DNA of 64,000 bases from Mobula hypostoma. Taxonomy: Eukaryota. Below are positions 22,408 through 34,185 of this stretch, in pieces. The DNA lies in contig NC_086097.1 in NCBI RefSeq assembly GCF_963921235.1, forward strand, positions 10,354,001 to 10,418,000. The letters run 5' to 3'. The translations under genes were made by a program, and so were the position numbers. Under the pieces are notes generated by a model. That model was not told where the DNA came from. It saw only the letters and a program-made list of their open reading frames with translations, and made no database searches. Each line of letters starts with the position of its first letter. Position 1 is the first letter of the stretch.

Positions 22408-24211
22408 CGCTCTTAAACTTTTCTATGATTTTAAGTTCCCAGGCCCACACCGCTTTATTTTCACCATGGATGTCCAGTCCCTATATACTTCCATCCCCCA
22501 TCAGTAAGGTCTCAAAGCTCTACACTTCTTTTTGGATTCCAGACCTAATCAGTTCCCCTCTACCACCACTCTGCTCCGTCTAGCGGAATTAGTCCTTACT
22601 CTTAATAATTTCTCCTTTGGCTCCTCCCACTTCCTCCAAACTAAAGGTGTAGCTATAGGCACCCGTATGGGTCCTAGCTATGCCTACTTTTTTGTTGGCT
22701 TTGTGAAACAATCTATGTTCCGTGCCTATTCTGGTATCTGTCTCCCACTTTTCCTTCGCTACATCGACGACTGCATTGGCGCTGCTTCCTGCACGCATGC
22801 AGAGCTCGTTGACTTTATTAACTTTGCCTCCAACTTTCACCCTGCCCTCAAGTTTACCTGGTCCATTTCCGACACCTCCCTCCCCTTTCTAGATCTTTCT
22901 GTCTCTGTCTCGGGAGACAGCTTATCTACTGATGTCTACTATAAGCCTACTGACTCTCACAGCTATCTGGACTATTCCTCTTCTCACCCTGTCTCTTGCA
23001 AAAACGCCATCCCCTTCTCGCAATTCCTCCATCTCCGCCGCATCTGCTTTCAGGATGAGGCTTTTCATTCCAGGACGAGGGAGATGTCTTCCTTTTTTAA
23101 AGAAAGGGGCTTCCCTTCCTCCACTATCAACTCTGCTCTTAAACACATCTCTCCCATTTCACGTACATCTGCTCTCACTCCATCCTCCCACCACCCCGCT
23201 AGGAATAGGGTTCCCCTGGTCCTCACCTACCACCCCACCGGCCTCCGGGTCCAACATATTATTCTCCGTAACTTCCGCCACCTCCAACGGGATCCCACCA
23301 CTAAGCACATCTTTCCCTCCCCCCCCCTCTGCATTCCGCAGGGATCGCTCCCTACGCAACTCCCTTGTCCATTCGTCCCCCCCATCCCTCCCCACTGATC
23401 TCCCTGCTGGCACTTATCCGTGTAAGCGGAACAAGTGCTACACATGCCCTTACACTTCCTCCCTTACCACCATTCAGGGCCCCAAACAGTCCTTCCAGGT
23501 GAGGCAAAACTTCACCTGTGAGTCGGCTGGGGTGATATACTGCGTCCGGTGCTCCCGATGTGGCCTTTTATATATTGGCGAGACCCGACGCAGACTGGGA
23601 GACCGCTTTGCTGAACACCTACGCTCTGTCTGCTAGAGAAAGCAGGATCTCCCAGTGGCCATACATTTTAATTCCACATCCCATTCCCATTCTGACATGT
23701 CTATCCACGGCCTTCTCTACTGTAAAGATGAAGCCACACTCAGGTTGGAGGAACAACACCTTATATTCCGTCTGGGTAGCCTCCAACCTGATGGCATGAA
23801 CATCGACTTCTCTAACTTCCGCTAATGCCTCACCTCCCCCTCATACCCCATTAGTTATTTATTTTTATACACACATTCTTTCTCTCACTCTCCTTTTTCT
23901 CCCTCTGTCCCTCTGACTATACCCCTTGCCTATCCTCTGGGCCCCCCCACCCCTTGTCTTTCTTCCCAGACCTCCTGTCCTATGATCCTCTCTTATCCCT
24001 TTTGCCTATCACCTGTCCAGCTCTTGGCTCCATCCCTCCCCCTCCTGTCTTCTCCTATCATTTTGGATCTCCCCCTCCCCCTCCAACTTTCAAATCCCTT
24101 ACTCACTCTTCCTTCAGTTAGTCCTGACGAAGGGTCTCTGCCTGAAACGTCGACTGTACCTCTTCCTAGAGATGCTGCCTGGCCTGCTGCATTCACCAGC
24201 AACTTTTATGT
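22408..24211 (+). mobile_element. 5'-truncated Penelope-like element (Neptune-type): RT, Cys linker, GIY-YIG endonuclease and tail
   Basis: QTKGVAIGTRMGP and FLRYIDDC RT motifs; CKRNKCYTC linker; GVIYCVRCSRCGLLYIGET; frameshift at poly-C about 23320; flanking 12-bp direct repeat gtattttgagta (22396-22407, 24212-24223). Confidence 0.93.
24120..24155 (+). ncRNA. Minimal type-I hammerhead ribozyme motif in Penelope tail
   Basis: agtc-CTGACGA-agggtctctgcct-GAAA-cg-TC-gact: stem I agtc/gact, core boxes intact, GUC cleavage triplet. Confidence 0.8.
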
Positions 24212-25357
24212 GTATTTTGAGTATGTGCTTTGTTACAAGGATTTACTCCTTAATAACAAGGATCAGAGAGGTATAGGGAGAATCTGTGTTTACTGACAAC
24301 TAACTTTATTGCCTGAACTGAAGAGTATGTGAATCTACACAACCCAATACCTGTGTGCACATCTGCTACTTTTTCCTTACCTTCCATGAACAAAGAATAG
24401 ACAAGGTAATAGCCAAGAGAAGAGTCTACGCTGGCCAGATGTCCGCTGTGGTACTGATCTAATCTCCACCTGTCCCCACCCGAGATCGTTGGTCTCTGGA
24501 GGGTTGGTGCTGCTTTATCTTTTTATCTGCTGTCATCTTCTTTCCTTACCAGTTCAAATGCTGCATTTCAGTGTCATTGGCTATGGTCATCTGACTGACC
24601 TATAACACCTTCTCCTTGGATATACTTCAAGGGTGACACAACTTCATGCCTGAGGTGACTTCTTTTGTTCTCTTTGACTGGTCCAAACCAGTCAAACCGC
24701 ATCACTCAGAGACTGGGCCAAAATAACAAGATTACTTCTGAAAACCTGCCATTCTACAAAATACACAGCTTCTCTGAGAATGATCTCAGGCTTAGCAGGT
24801 CGATAACAGAAACTTCTTGTGTTCAGATTCAATTGTTCTGATTAGATTATCCCGGAGCAAGAATCAGATCTCAATCATTTCACAAAATGGAGGTTACAGA
24901 GCAGCTTCACAAAATGGCGACCTCCGTTCCTTCAAGCACATTGCAAGATAAAAGGCAATTGGTTTGCTTACTTCCACTGAACTTGATTCATTCAAATTCA
25001 CTGTTTTGTGGACTGTAATTCTTTCTCCCAACAGTCTAAAGGCTCAAATTTACTCAAGCTATTTTCAAATCAAAATTGAATAACAAGTAATTATAGATTA
25101 TAGATAATAATAGGGTGACACTATTACAGCTCAGAGCAATGGAGTTCAGAATTTGTACATTCTTCCTATGACCACAGATTCCTCCAGATACTGTGATTTC
25201 CTCCCACAGACCAAAGACGTACTGGTTAGTAGGTTAATTAGTCATTGTAAACTGCCCTGTGATTTGATTTGGCTTGGATTAAATAGGTGGGTTTCTGGAT
25301 GATGCAACACAATGGGCCGGAAGGACCTGTTCCACGCTGTATCTCTAAATCAACAAG

Positions 25358-25500
25358 GGGTGTGTGTGTGAGAGTGTGTGTCTGTGAGTGTGTGTGTTGT
25401 GTGTGCGTGTGTGAGAGTGTGTGTCTGTGAGTGTGTGTATTGTGTGTGTGTGTGTGCGTGAGTCAGTGAGTGAGGGAGAAGGAAGGAGAGAGAGAGAGTC
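25358..25500. repeat. Imperfect (TG)n/(GA)n microsatellite
   Basis: Visible dinucleotide runs. Confidence 0.95.
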
Positions 25501-25976
25501 TGCCACTTGAGGAACTCGACAAAACTACCACATAATGTGGAGAAATTGAAACTAATGTGCAGCTTATTGCCAGGGAGGGACAATTTCAAAGAATCGTCTA
25601 TTAGATTTTTGATGGGATTCACAAAGGAATTTAATGAACATGACATTGCATCAAGACATATCAAAGAAAATGGTTCAAACAGCTATTGAAGATGAGTGAG
25701 AATTAATTGAGCATTTAATCAAAGGAGGTGTGCAAAAAGACAAAACCAGAAAAGTAATGGGTTTGATTCTGCTGAGTTTTACCTGTGTATTCCAAATGGA
25801 CTGCCAATGTTCAACATTTTGAAACAGCCAGGATTTCTGTGCTTGTGCTGTGAAGCTTTGGGGATGTAATGATAGATTCTATAGGCCAGGTTCATCAGTT
25901 GAGAAGACTATCTGGGTTCCCTGTTTAACTGGAGGTTGAAATGGTGAATATGTTATTCAGAAACTTCAATTAACAT

Positions 25977-26510
25977 GAGGTATTGATTATAACATTGGCT
26001 CCTCCAAACCGTCTGTATAGAGGGATTGATTATAACAATGGTTACCTCAAACCATCTCTACAGAGGGATTGATTATAACAATGGTTACCTCAAACCGTCT
26101 CTATAGAGGGATTGATTATAACAATGGTTACCTCAAACCGTCTCTATAGAGGGATTGATTATAACAATGGTTACCTCAAACTGTCTCTATAGAGGGATTG
26201 ATTATAACAATGGTTACCTCAAACTGTCTCTATAGAGGGATTGATTATAACAATGGTTACCTCAAACTGTCTCTATAGAGGGATTGATTATAACATTGGC
26301 TCCTCCAAACTGTCTCTATAGAGGGATCGATTATAACAATGGATACCTCAACCCCTCTCTATAGAGGGATTGATTATAACAATGGTTACCTCAAACCATC
26401 TCTATAGAGGGATTGATTATAACAATACTTCCCTCAAACCATCTCTAGTATGGGAATTATTATAACTTTAGTTCACCCAAATCATCTCTAGTGAGGGACT
26501 GATTATCAAA
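25977..26510. repeat. 43-bp minisatellite, about 12.4 units (continues at 33419-33484)
   Basis: Consensus gagggattgattataacaatggttacctcaaaccgtctctata; unit starts at 25977, 26020, 26063 and so on to 26493. Confidence 0.97.
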
Positions 26511-26888
26511 TTTCAACTAATTATCAGAGTAAATACATGTCACCACATACAACCCTGAGATCCTTTTTCTGTGGGCATACTTAGCAAATCTATAAAACAG
26601 TAACTGTAAACAGAATCAATTGACAATAAACTGTGCAAATGCAAATATGTTGATTGGCCTAATCTCAAATAATAACGATACAGCCTACAGAGAAGAAGTC
26701 ATCTCTCTGACACAGTGGTGTCAAGAAAACAACCCCTCCCTTGATGTCGCAAAAACAAAGGAGCTGGTTGTGGACTACAGGAGGAACAGGGACAGTCTCA
26801 CTCCTATTGACATCAATGGAACTGGAGTTGACAGGGTAAGCAGCTTTAAGTTGCTCGTCACTGAGGATCTCACGTGGTCTGTACATAC

Positions 26889-29800
26889 ATGACATTGTGT
26901 ACATACGGTGACATTGTGGCCATCTCTGAAACTTGGCTGCTAGCTCTGAAGGATGGCTGCTATTGGGAGGTGAACGTCCAAGGATATACGTTGAATCGGA
27001 AAGATAGGTTAGTTGGCAGAGGGGGTGGTGTGGCCCTGTGTGTAAGAAATAATATTAAATCACTGGAAAGAGATGACATAGGATGAGAAGTTCTAGAGTG
27101 TCTATGGGTTGAGTTAAAAAATGGCAAGGGTAAAAGGACCCTAGTGGCAGTTGTACACAGGCCTCCAAACAGCAGCCGGGATGTGGATTACAGATTATAG
27201 CAGGAGATAGAAAAGGCATATCAGAAAAGCAATGTCATGATAATCATTGGAGATTTTAACATGAAAGTGGATTGGGAAAACCAGGCCAGTACTGGATCTC
27301 AAGAGAGAGAATTTGCAGAATGTCTAAGGGATGGCTTTTTAGAACAGCTTGTTGTTGAGCCTATGAGGGGATCAGCTGTGCTGAATTGGGTGCTGTGCAA
27401 TGATCCGGAGGTGATAAGAGAGCTTAAGGTTAAGGAACCCTTAGGGAACAGTGATCACAATATGATTGAGTTCACTTTGAAATTAGAGAAGGAAAAAATA
27501 AAATCTAATGTGTCAGTATTTCAGTGGAATAAAGGAAATTACAATGGCATGAGGGAAACTGACCAAAGTCGACTGGAACGGGATATTTGCAGGAAGGACA
27601 GCAGAGCAGCAATGGCTGAAGTTTCTGTGAAAAATGACAGAAGGGCAAGACAGATATATTCCAAATAAGAAGAAATTTTCAAAGGGAAGACACTACCGTG
27701 TCTGACAAGTGAAGACAGAGCCAAAGTAAAAGCAAAGAGAGGGCATACAAGGAAGCCAGAACTAGTGGGAAGATAGAGGACTGGGGAGCTTTTAAAAACT
27801 TGCAGAAGGAAACTAAGAGGGTCATTCAGAAGGTAAAGATGAATTATGAGAGGAAACTGGCGACTAACATCAAAGAAGATACTAAAAGCTTTTTTAAGTA
27901 TATAAAGGGTAAAAGAGAGTCGAGGGTAGATATAAGACCAATACAAAATGACGCTGGAGATATTGTAATGAGAGATGCAGAGATGGCAGAGGAACCAAAA
28001 GCGTATTTTTCATCAGTCTTCACGGTGGAAGATGTCTGCAGTATAGAAACATAGAAACATAGAAAATAGGTGCAGGAGTAGGCTATTCGGCCCTTCGAGC
28101 CTGCACCACCATTTATTATGATCATGGCTGATCATCCAACTCAGAACCCCGCCCCAGCCTTCCCTCCATACCCCCTGACCCCCATAGCCACAAGGGCCAT
28201 ATCTAACTCCCTCTTAAACATAGCCAATGAACTGGCCTCAACAGTTTCCTGTGGCAGAGAATTCCAAAGATTCACCACTCTCTGTGTGAAGAAGTTTTTC
28301 CTAATCTCGGTCCTAAAAGGCTTCCCCTCTATCCTCAAACTGTGAGCCCTCGTTCTGGACTTCCCCAACATCGGGAACAATCTTCCTGCATCTAGCCTGT
28401 CCAATCCCTTTAGGATCTAATACGTTTCAATCAGATCCCCCCTCAATCTTCTAAATTCCAACGAGTACAAGCCCAGTTCATCCAGTCTTTCTTCATATGA
28501 AAGTCCTGCCATCCCAGGAATCAATCTGGTGAACCTTCTTTGTACTCCCTCTATGGCAAAGATGTCTTTCCTCAGATTAGGGGACCAAAACTGCACACAA
28601 TACTCCAGGTGTGGTCTCACCAAGGCCTTGTACAACTGCAGTAGTACCTCCCTGCTCCTGTACTCGAATCCTCTCGCTATAAATGCCAGCATACCATTCG
28701 CCTTTTTCACCGCCTGCTGTACCTGCATGCCCACTTTCAATGACTGGTGTATAATGACACCCAGGTCTCGTTGCACCTCCCCTTTTCCTAATTGGCCACC
28801 ATTCAGATAATAATCTGTTTTCCTATTTTTGCCACCAAAGTGGATAACTTCACATTTATCCACATTAAATTGCATCTGCCATGAGTTTGCCCACTCACCC
28901 AACCTATCCAAGTCACCCTGCATCCTCTTAGCATCCTCCTCACTGCTAACACTGCCACCCAGCTTCGTGTCATCCGCAAACTTGGAGATGCTGCATTTAA
29001 TTCCCTCATCCAAGTCATTAATATATATTGTAAACAACTGGGGTCCCAGCACTGAGCCTTGCGGTACCCCACTACTCACCGCCTGCCATTCTGAAAAGGT
29101 CCCGTTTATTCCCACTCTTTGCTTCCTGTCTGCTAACCAATTCTCCACCCACACCAATACCTTACCCCCAATACCGTGTGCTTTAAGTTTCCACACTAAT
29201 CTCCTGTGTGGGACCTTGTCAAAAGCCTTTTGAAAATCCAAATATACTACATCCACTGGTTCTCCCCTATCCACTCTACTAGTTACATCCTCAAAAAATT
29301 CTATGAGATTCGTCAGACATGATTTTCCTTTCACAAATCCATGCTGACTTTGTCCGATCATTTCACTGCTTTCCAAATGTGCTGTTATCACATCCTTGAT
29401 AACTGACTCCAGCAGTTTCTCCACCACCGACGTTAGGCTAACCGGTCTATAATACCCCGGTTTCTCTCTCCCTCCTTTTTTAAAAAGTGGGGTTACATTA
29501 GCCACCCTCCAATCCTGATATACTGGACATTCAAGAGTGTCAGGGAAGTGAGGTTTGTGCAGTGAAAATTACAATTGAGAAGGTGCTCAGGAAGCTTAAT
29601 GATATGCGGGTGGATAAATCTCCTGGACCTGATGGAATGCACCCTTGGGTTCTAAAGGACGTAGCTGCAGAGATTGCGGAGGTGTTAACGATGATCTTTC
29701 AAGAATTGATAGATTCTGGCATTGTACCGGATGACTGGAAAATTGCAAATGTTACTCCACTATTTAAGAAGGGTGGGAGGCAGCAGAAAGGAAACTATAG

Positions 29801-31176
29801 ACCCGTTACCCTGACATCAGTGGTTGGGAAGTTGTTGGAATCGATTTTTAGGGATGAGATTACAGCATACCTGGAGGCAGATGACAAGATAGGCCAAAGC
29901 CAGCATGGTTTCCTGAAAGGAAAATCCTGCCTGATTAACCTACTGCAATTCTTTGAGAAAATTACAAATAGGGTAGACAAAGGAGATGCAGTAGACATAG
30001 TGTACTTGGATTTTCAGCGGATCTTTGACAATGTGCTGCACCTGAGGCTGCTTTGCAAGATAAGAGCCCATGGAAATACTGGGAAGTTACTAGCATGGGT
30101 GGAGCATTGGCTAGTCGGCAGAAAACAGAGAGTGTGTATAAAGGGATCCTATTCTGGCTGGCTGCCGGTTACCAGTGGAGTTCCTCAGAGGTTGGTGTTG
30201 GGACCATTACTTTTTACGATGTATGTCAATGACTTGGACTACAGTATTAAGGGATTTGTGGCTAAATTTACCGATGATACAAAGATAGGTGGAGGAGCGG
30301 GTAATGTTGAGGAAACAAAGAGCCTGCAGAGAGACTTAGATAGTTTAGGGGAATGGGCAAAAAAGTGGCAAATGAAATACAATGTTGGAAAGTGTCTGGT
30401 CATGCACTTTGGTGGAAGAAATAAATGGGCAGACTATTATTTAGATGGGGAGGGAATTCAAAATACAGAGATGCAAAAGGACTTGGAAGTCATTGTGCAA
30501 GATACCCTAAAGGTTAACCTGCAGGTTGAGTCGGTTGTGAATGCTGGCATTCATTTGTAGAGGTATAGAATATAAGAACCAGGATATGATGTTGAGGTTC
30601 TATAAGGCACTCGTGAGACCACGCTTGGAGTATTGTGTGCAGTTTTGGGCTCCTTATTTTAGAAAAGATATACTGACATTGGAGAGGGTTCAGAGAATGA
30701 TTCCAGGAATGAGAGGGTTACTGTATGAGGAACGTCTGGCAGCTCTTGGACTGTATTCCCTGGAGTTCAGGAGAATAAGGGGGAATCTCATAGAAACATT
30801 CCAAATGTTAAAAGGCCTGAACAGATTAGATATGCAAAGTTATTTCCCATGGTAGGGGATTTTAGAACAAGAGGGCACAACTTCAGGATTGAAGGACGTC
30901 CTTTTAGAACTGAGATGCGGAGAAATTACTTTAGTCAGAAGGTGGTAAATCTGTGGAATTTCTTGCCACAAGCGGCTGTGGAGGCCAAGTCATTGGGTGT
31001 ATTTAAGGCAGAGATGGATAGGTTCTTGATTAGCCAGGGCATGAAAGTGTATGGGGTGAAAGCAGGGGAGTGGGGATGACTGGATGAAGTGGATCAGCCC
31101 ATGATTGAATGGCGGAGCAGGCTCGATGGGCCGAATTGCCTACTTCTGCCCGTAAATATTATGGTCTTATGGTCTT
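26889..31176 (+). mobile_element. CR1 LINE C, near full ORF2 (26889-28045 and 29519-31176), degraded
   Basis: ISETWL, GDFN and SDHN endonuclease motifs; RT ORF 29562-30560 (LDFQ, KFTDD); (ttatggtc)n tail. Confidence 0.92.
28046..29518 (-). mobile_element. Young 5'-truncated CR1 LINE D; RT ORF 28417-29505
   Basis: [22 protein letters not shown] and KFADD in a 362-aa open frame; (tttctatg)n tail; junction duplication tata. Confidence 0.95.
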
Positions 31177-33418
31177 ATACCAGTTGTGTGGTGAAAAAAG
31201 CATAACGGTGCCTCTTTCACCTCAGATGGTTGAAGAAGTTTGGTATGGGTCCCCAAATCCGAAGGACTTTCTACAGGGGCACAATTGGAAGCATCCTGAC
31301 TGGCTGCATCACTGCCTGGTATGGGAACTGTACTTCCCTCAATCACAGGACTCTGCAGGGAGTGGTGTGGATGGCTCAGCGCATCTGTAGATGTGAAGTT
31401 CCCACTATTCAGGATATTTACAAAGATAGGTCTGTAAAAAGGGCCTGAAGGATCACTGGGGACCCGAGTCACCCCAACGACAAACTGTTCCAGCTGCTAC
31501 CATCCAGGAAACGGTACCACAGCATAAAAGCCAGGACCAACAGGCTCCGGGACAGCTTCTTCCATCAGGGCATCGGACTGGTTAATTCACACTAATAAAA
31601 TTATATTTCTATGTTATATTGACTGTCCTGTTGTATATACTATTTATTACAAATTACTATAAGTTTCACATTGCACATTTAGACAGAGACATAACATAAA
31701 GATTTTTACTCTTCATGTATGTGAAGGATGTAAGAAATAAAGGCAATTCCATAAATAAGTAGCAATAAATAATGGGCATGAAATAACAAAATAAAGAGCT
31801 CTTAAAGTGAGACCATTGGCTGTGGGAACACTGGTAGAAAGAGTGTTCAACAGCCTGATGGTTCAGGGTTAGTTACTGTTCATGAACTTGGTAATGTGAG
31901 TCCTGAGTCACTTGTACCTTCTACCTGATGATAACAGCGAGAAAAGATCATGGCCTGGGTGGAGAGGACCTTTGATGATGGATGCTGCTTTCCTATGATA
32001 GCGTTTCATGTAGATGTGGTCTATGGTTGGGAGGGTATTACCCATCATGTACAGGGCCAAATCCACTACCTTTTGTAGTATTTTCTGCTTAAAGGCATTG
32101 GTGTGATGCAGCTGGTCAGCACACTTGCCACCACAGATCTAGAGATGTTTGTCAAGTTATTTGATGTCACACCTTATCTCTGCAGACTCCTGAGGAAGTA
32201 GAGGCGCTGTTGTGCTTTCTTTGCAGTTATGTTTAGACAATGGGTCTGGGACAGGTCCTCTGAGATAGCAACACCCAGGAATTTAAAGTTACTCATCCGC
32301 TCCACCTCTGATCCTCTGGCTCTTGGACCTCTGGCTTCCCTCTTCTGAGGCCTGCAATCATCTCCTTGGCCTTATTGACACAGAGTGCGAGGCTGTTGTT
32401 ATTACACCTCTCAGGTGAATTTTCAATCTCCCTCCTGCATGCTGATTCATCATGACTTTTGATGCAGCCCCCAACAATGGTGTGATCAGCCAACTTGGAT
32501 ATGGTGTTGAAGATGTACTTTCCACACAGTCATAGGTGTAAAGTGAGCACAGCAGGAAGCTAAGCACACATCCGCGGGTGCTCCTGTGCTGATTGCTGAT
32601 GGAGATTGTGGAGGGGATGTTATTGACAATCCTAACTGACTGGGGTCTACAAGTAAGGAAATCCAGAATCCAATTGCATAAAGGGAGTATTGAGTCCCAG
32701 GTTTTGGAGTTTATTGATTAGTTTTGAGGGAATGATGGTATTAAATGCTGAACTATAATCGATAAAAGAGCATCCTGATGTATGCACCTTTGCTGTCCAG
32801 ATGTTCCAGAGTTGTGTAAAGAGCCAATAACATGGTATCTGTTGTGGACCTATTGACTCAATAAGCAAATTGGAGCGGATCCAAGTCGCCACTCAGACCA
32901 GAGCTAATATGCTTCAATACCAGCCTCACAAAACACTTTGTCATTGTGGATGTTAAGTGCCACAGGATGATAGTCATTGAGACAGGAAGCAATGCTCTTC
33001 TTGAGCACCGATATGATTGAAGCCTGCTTGAAGCAGCTGGGTACCAGAACGAGAGGTTAAAGATATCTGTGAATACACCACCAGCTGGTTGGCACAGGTC
33101 TTCAGTCCTTGCCCTGGTCCTTTGTCCGGACTGGATGCTTTCCTTGGTTTCACTCTCTTGAAGGAAGTCCACATGTCATCTTCAGATACTGATACCAAAC
33201 GATTATTGGGAGACATGGGGGTACACGATAGTTCCTTTCTGTTCTGGTGGTCAATGTGAGCCTTGAAGGCATTGAGCTTACCTGGAAGCAAAGCTCTGCT
33301 GTCCTCTATGTCACAAGATTTAACTTTGTAGGAGGTTATGCTATTTAAAGCCTGCCACAACTATCGAGCGACTCTAATTGATTCCGGTCTAGCCTGGAAT
33401 CTTCACTTCATCCTAGAG

Positions 33419-33484
33419 ATGGCTTCCCAAACTATCTTTAGTGAGGGATTGATTATAACAATGGCATCTCCAAACCAGCTCTAG
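33419..33484. repeat. Distal 1.5 units of the 43-bp minisatellite
   Basis: atggcttcccaaactatctttagt followed by gagggattgattataacaatggcatctccaaaccagctctag. Confidence 0.9.
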
Positions 33485-34185
33485 AAGCTTCCATACACAA
33501 TGTTGGAACCCAGAGTGCTGTGCTAAATGGGGCAGCAGCCTTTAAACAGCAATTATCCTTTTATAGCCAAAAGTATATATACTACAGCTGGATTCCCTGT
33601 GTCCAGCGACAGAGCCATTTAGATTCTGCGGCACATCTGACCCATTGATTCTGTTGAGAATTTCAGGGTAATATTCATTTAGGAAACAGAGAGAAGCCAA
33701 CTTACTTTATAAAATTATTTTGCTTTAATTTATTGTTCTGATTACTGATACAGTATGCTCATATGTTAAAATTAAACATTTTGTTTTTAAAAATCTTAAT
33801 ATTTTCTAATATTTTACATTTGCTTATTTCAATTTGATTAGTTTTTAAATGACTAAATGATTCTGAAGGTTTCTAAATGACTTTTAGTGACTGGGATGTT
33901 TAAAAATTATTAAAATGATTCACAGCTTTTACAGCTGGCAGATCTCAGCTTTCAGCTGATTCCGGGAATGATCTCCAGGCATAGCCCATTCACAGTGCAG
34001 TTTTCAGTTTAGGCAAGATGGGCATTGTGCATACTGTTGGGCTGAGTGCACTGTATATGCAGGCAAACTGCAGACAATAATCATGTTGGCTGAAGCCACT
34101 TAGCACTGTTTGTTCAATAAGGACAGGATTTTTTTTTAACCTTCCAACAAGCAATGGACCTCCAGGTGGACTACAAGATTGTCAC

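Larger units (their letters stand above)
26648..31749 (+). mobile_element. Rex/Babar LINE B (26648-26888 and 31177-31749), same family as 10576-12604
   Basis: Both halves align colinearly with 11772-12590; junction duplication atac. Confidence 0.9.
26511..33418 (-). mobile_element. Rex/Babar LINE A (26511-26647 and 31751-33418), outer layer of nested cluster
   Basis: 3' UTR is the reverse complement of the 16520-16730 type; FIDYSSAFNTI and LDPLQFAY motifs on minus at 32.6-33.2 kb. Confidence 0.85.

Noticed and set aside
24381..24600. Minus-strand exons ending at GTAAGG donors (about 24380 and 24549)
   Set aside because: No convincing acceptors and unrecognisable peptides; expected by chance.
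25977..26510. CRISPR-like array
   Set aside because: Units are head-to-tail copies along their whole length with no unique spacers; no cas genes; vertebrate context. The 43-bp period and stop codons also argue against a coding repeat.
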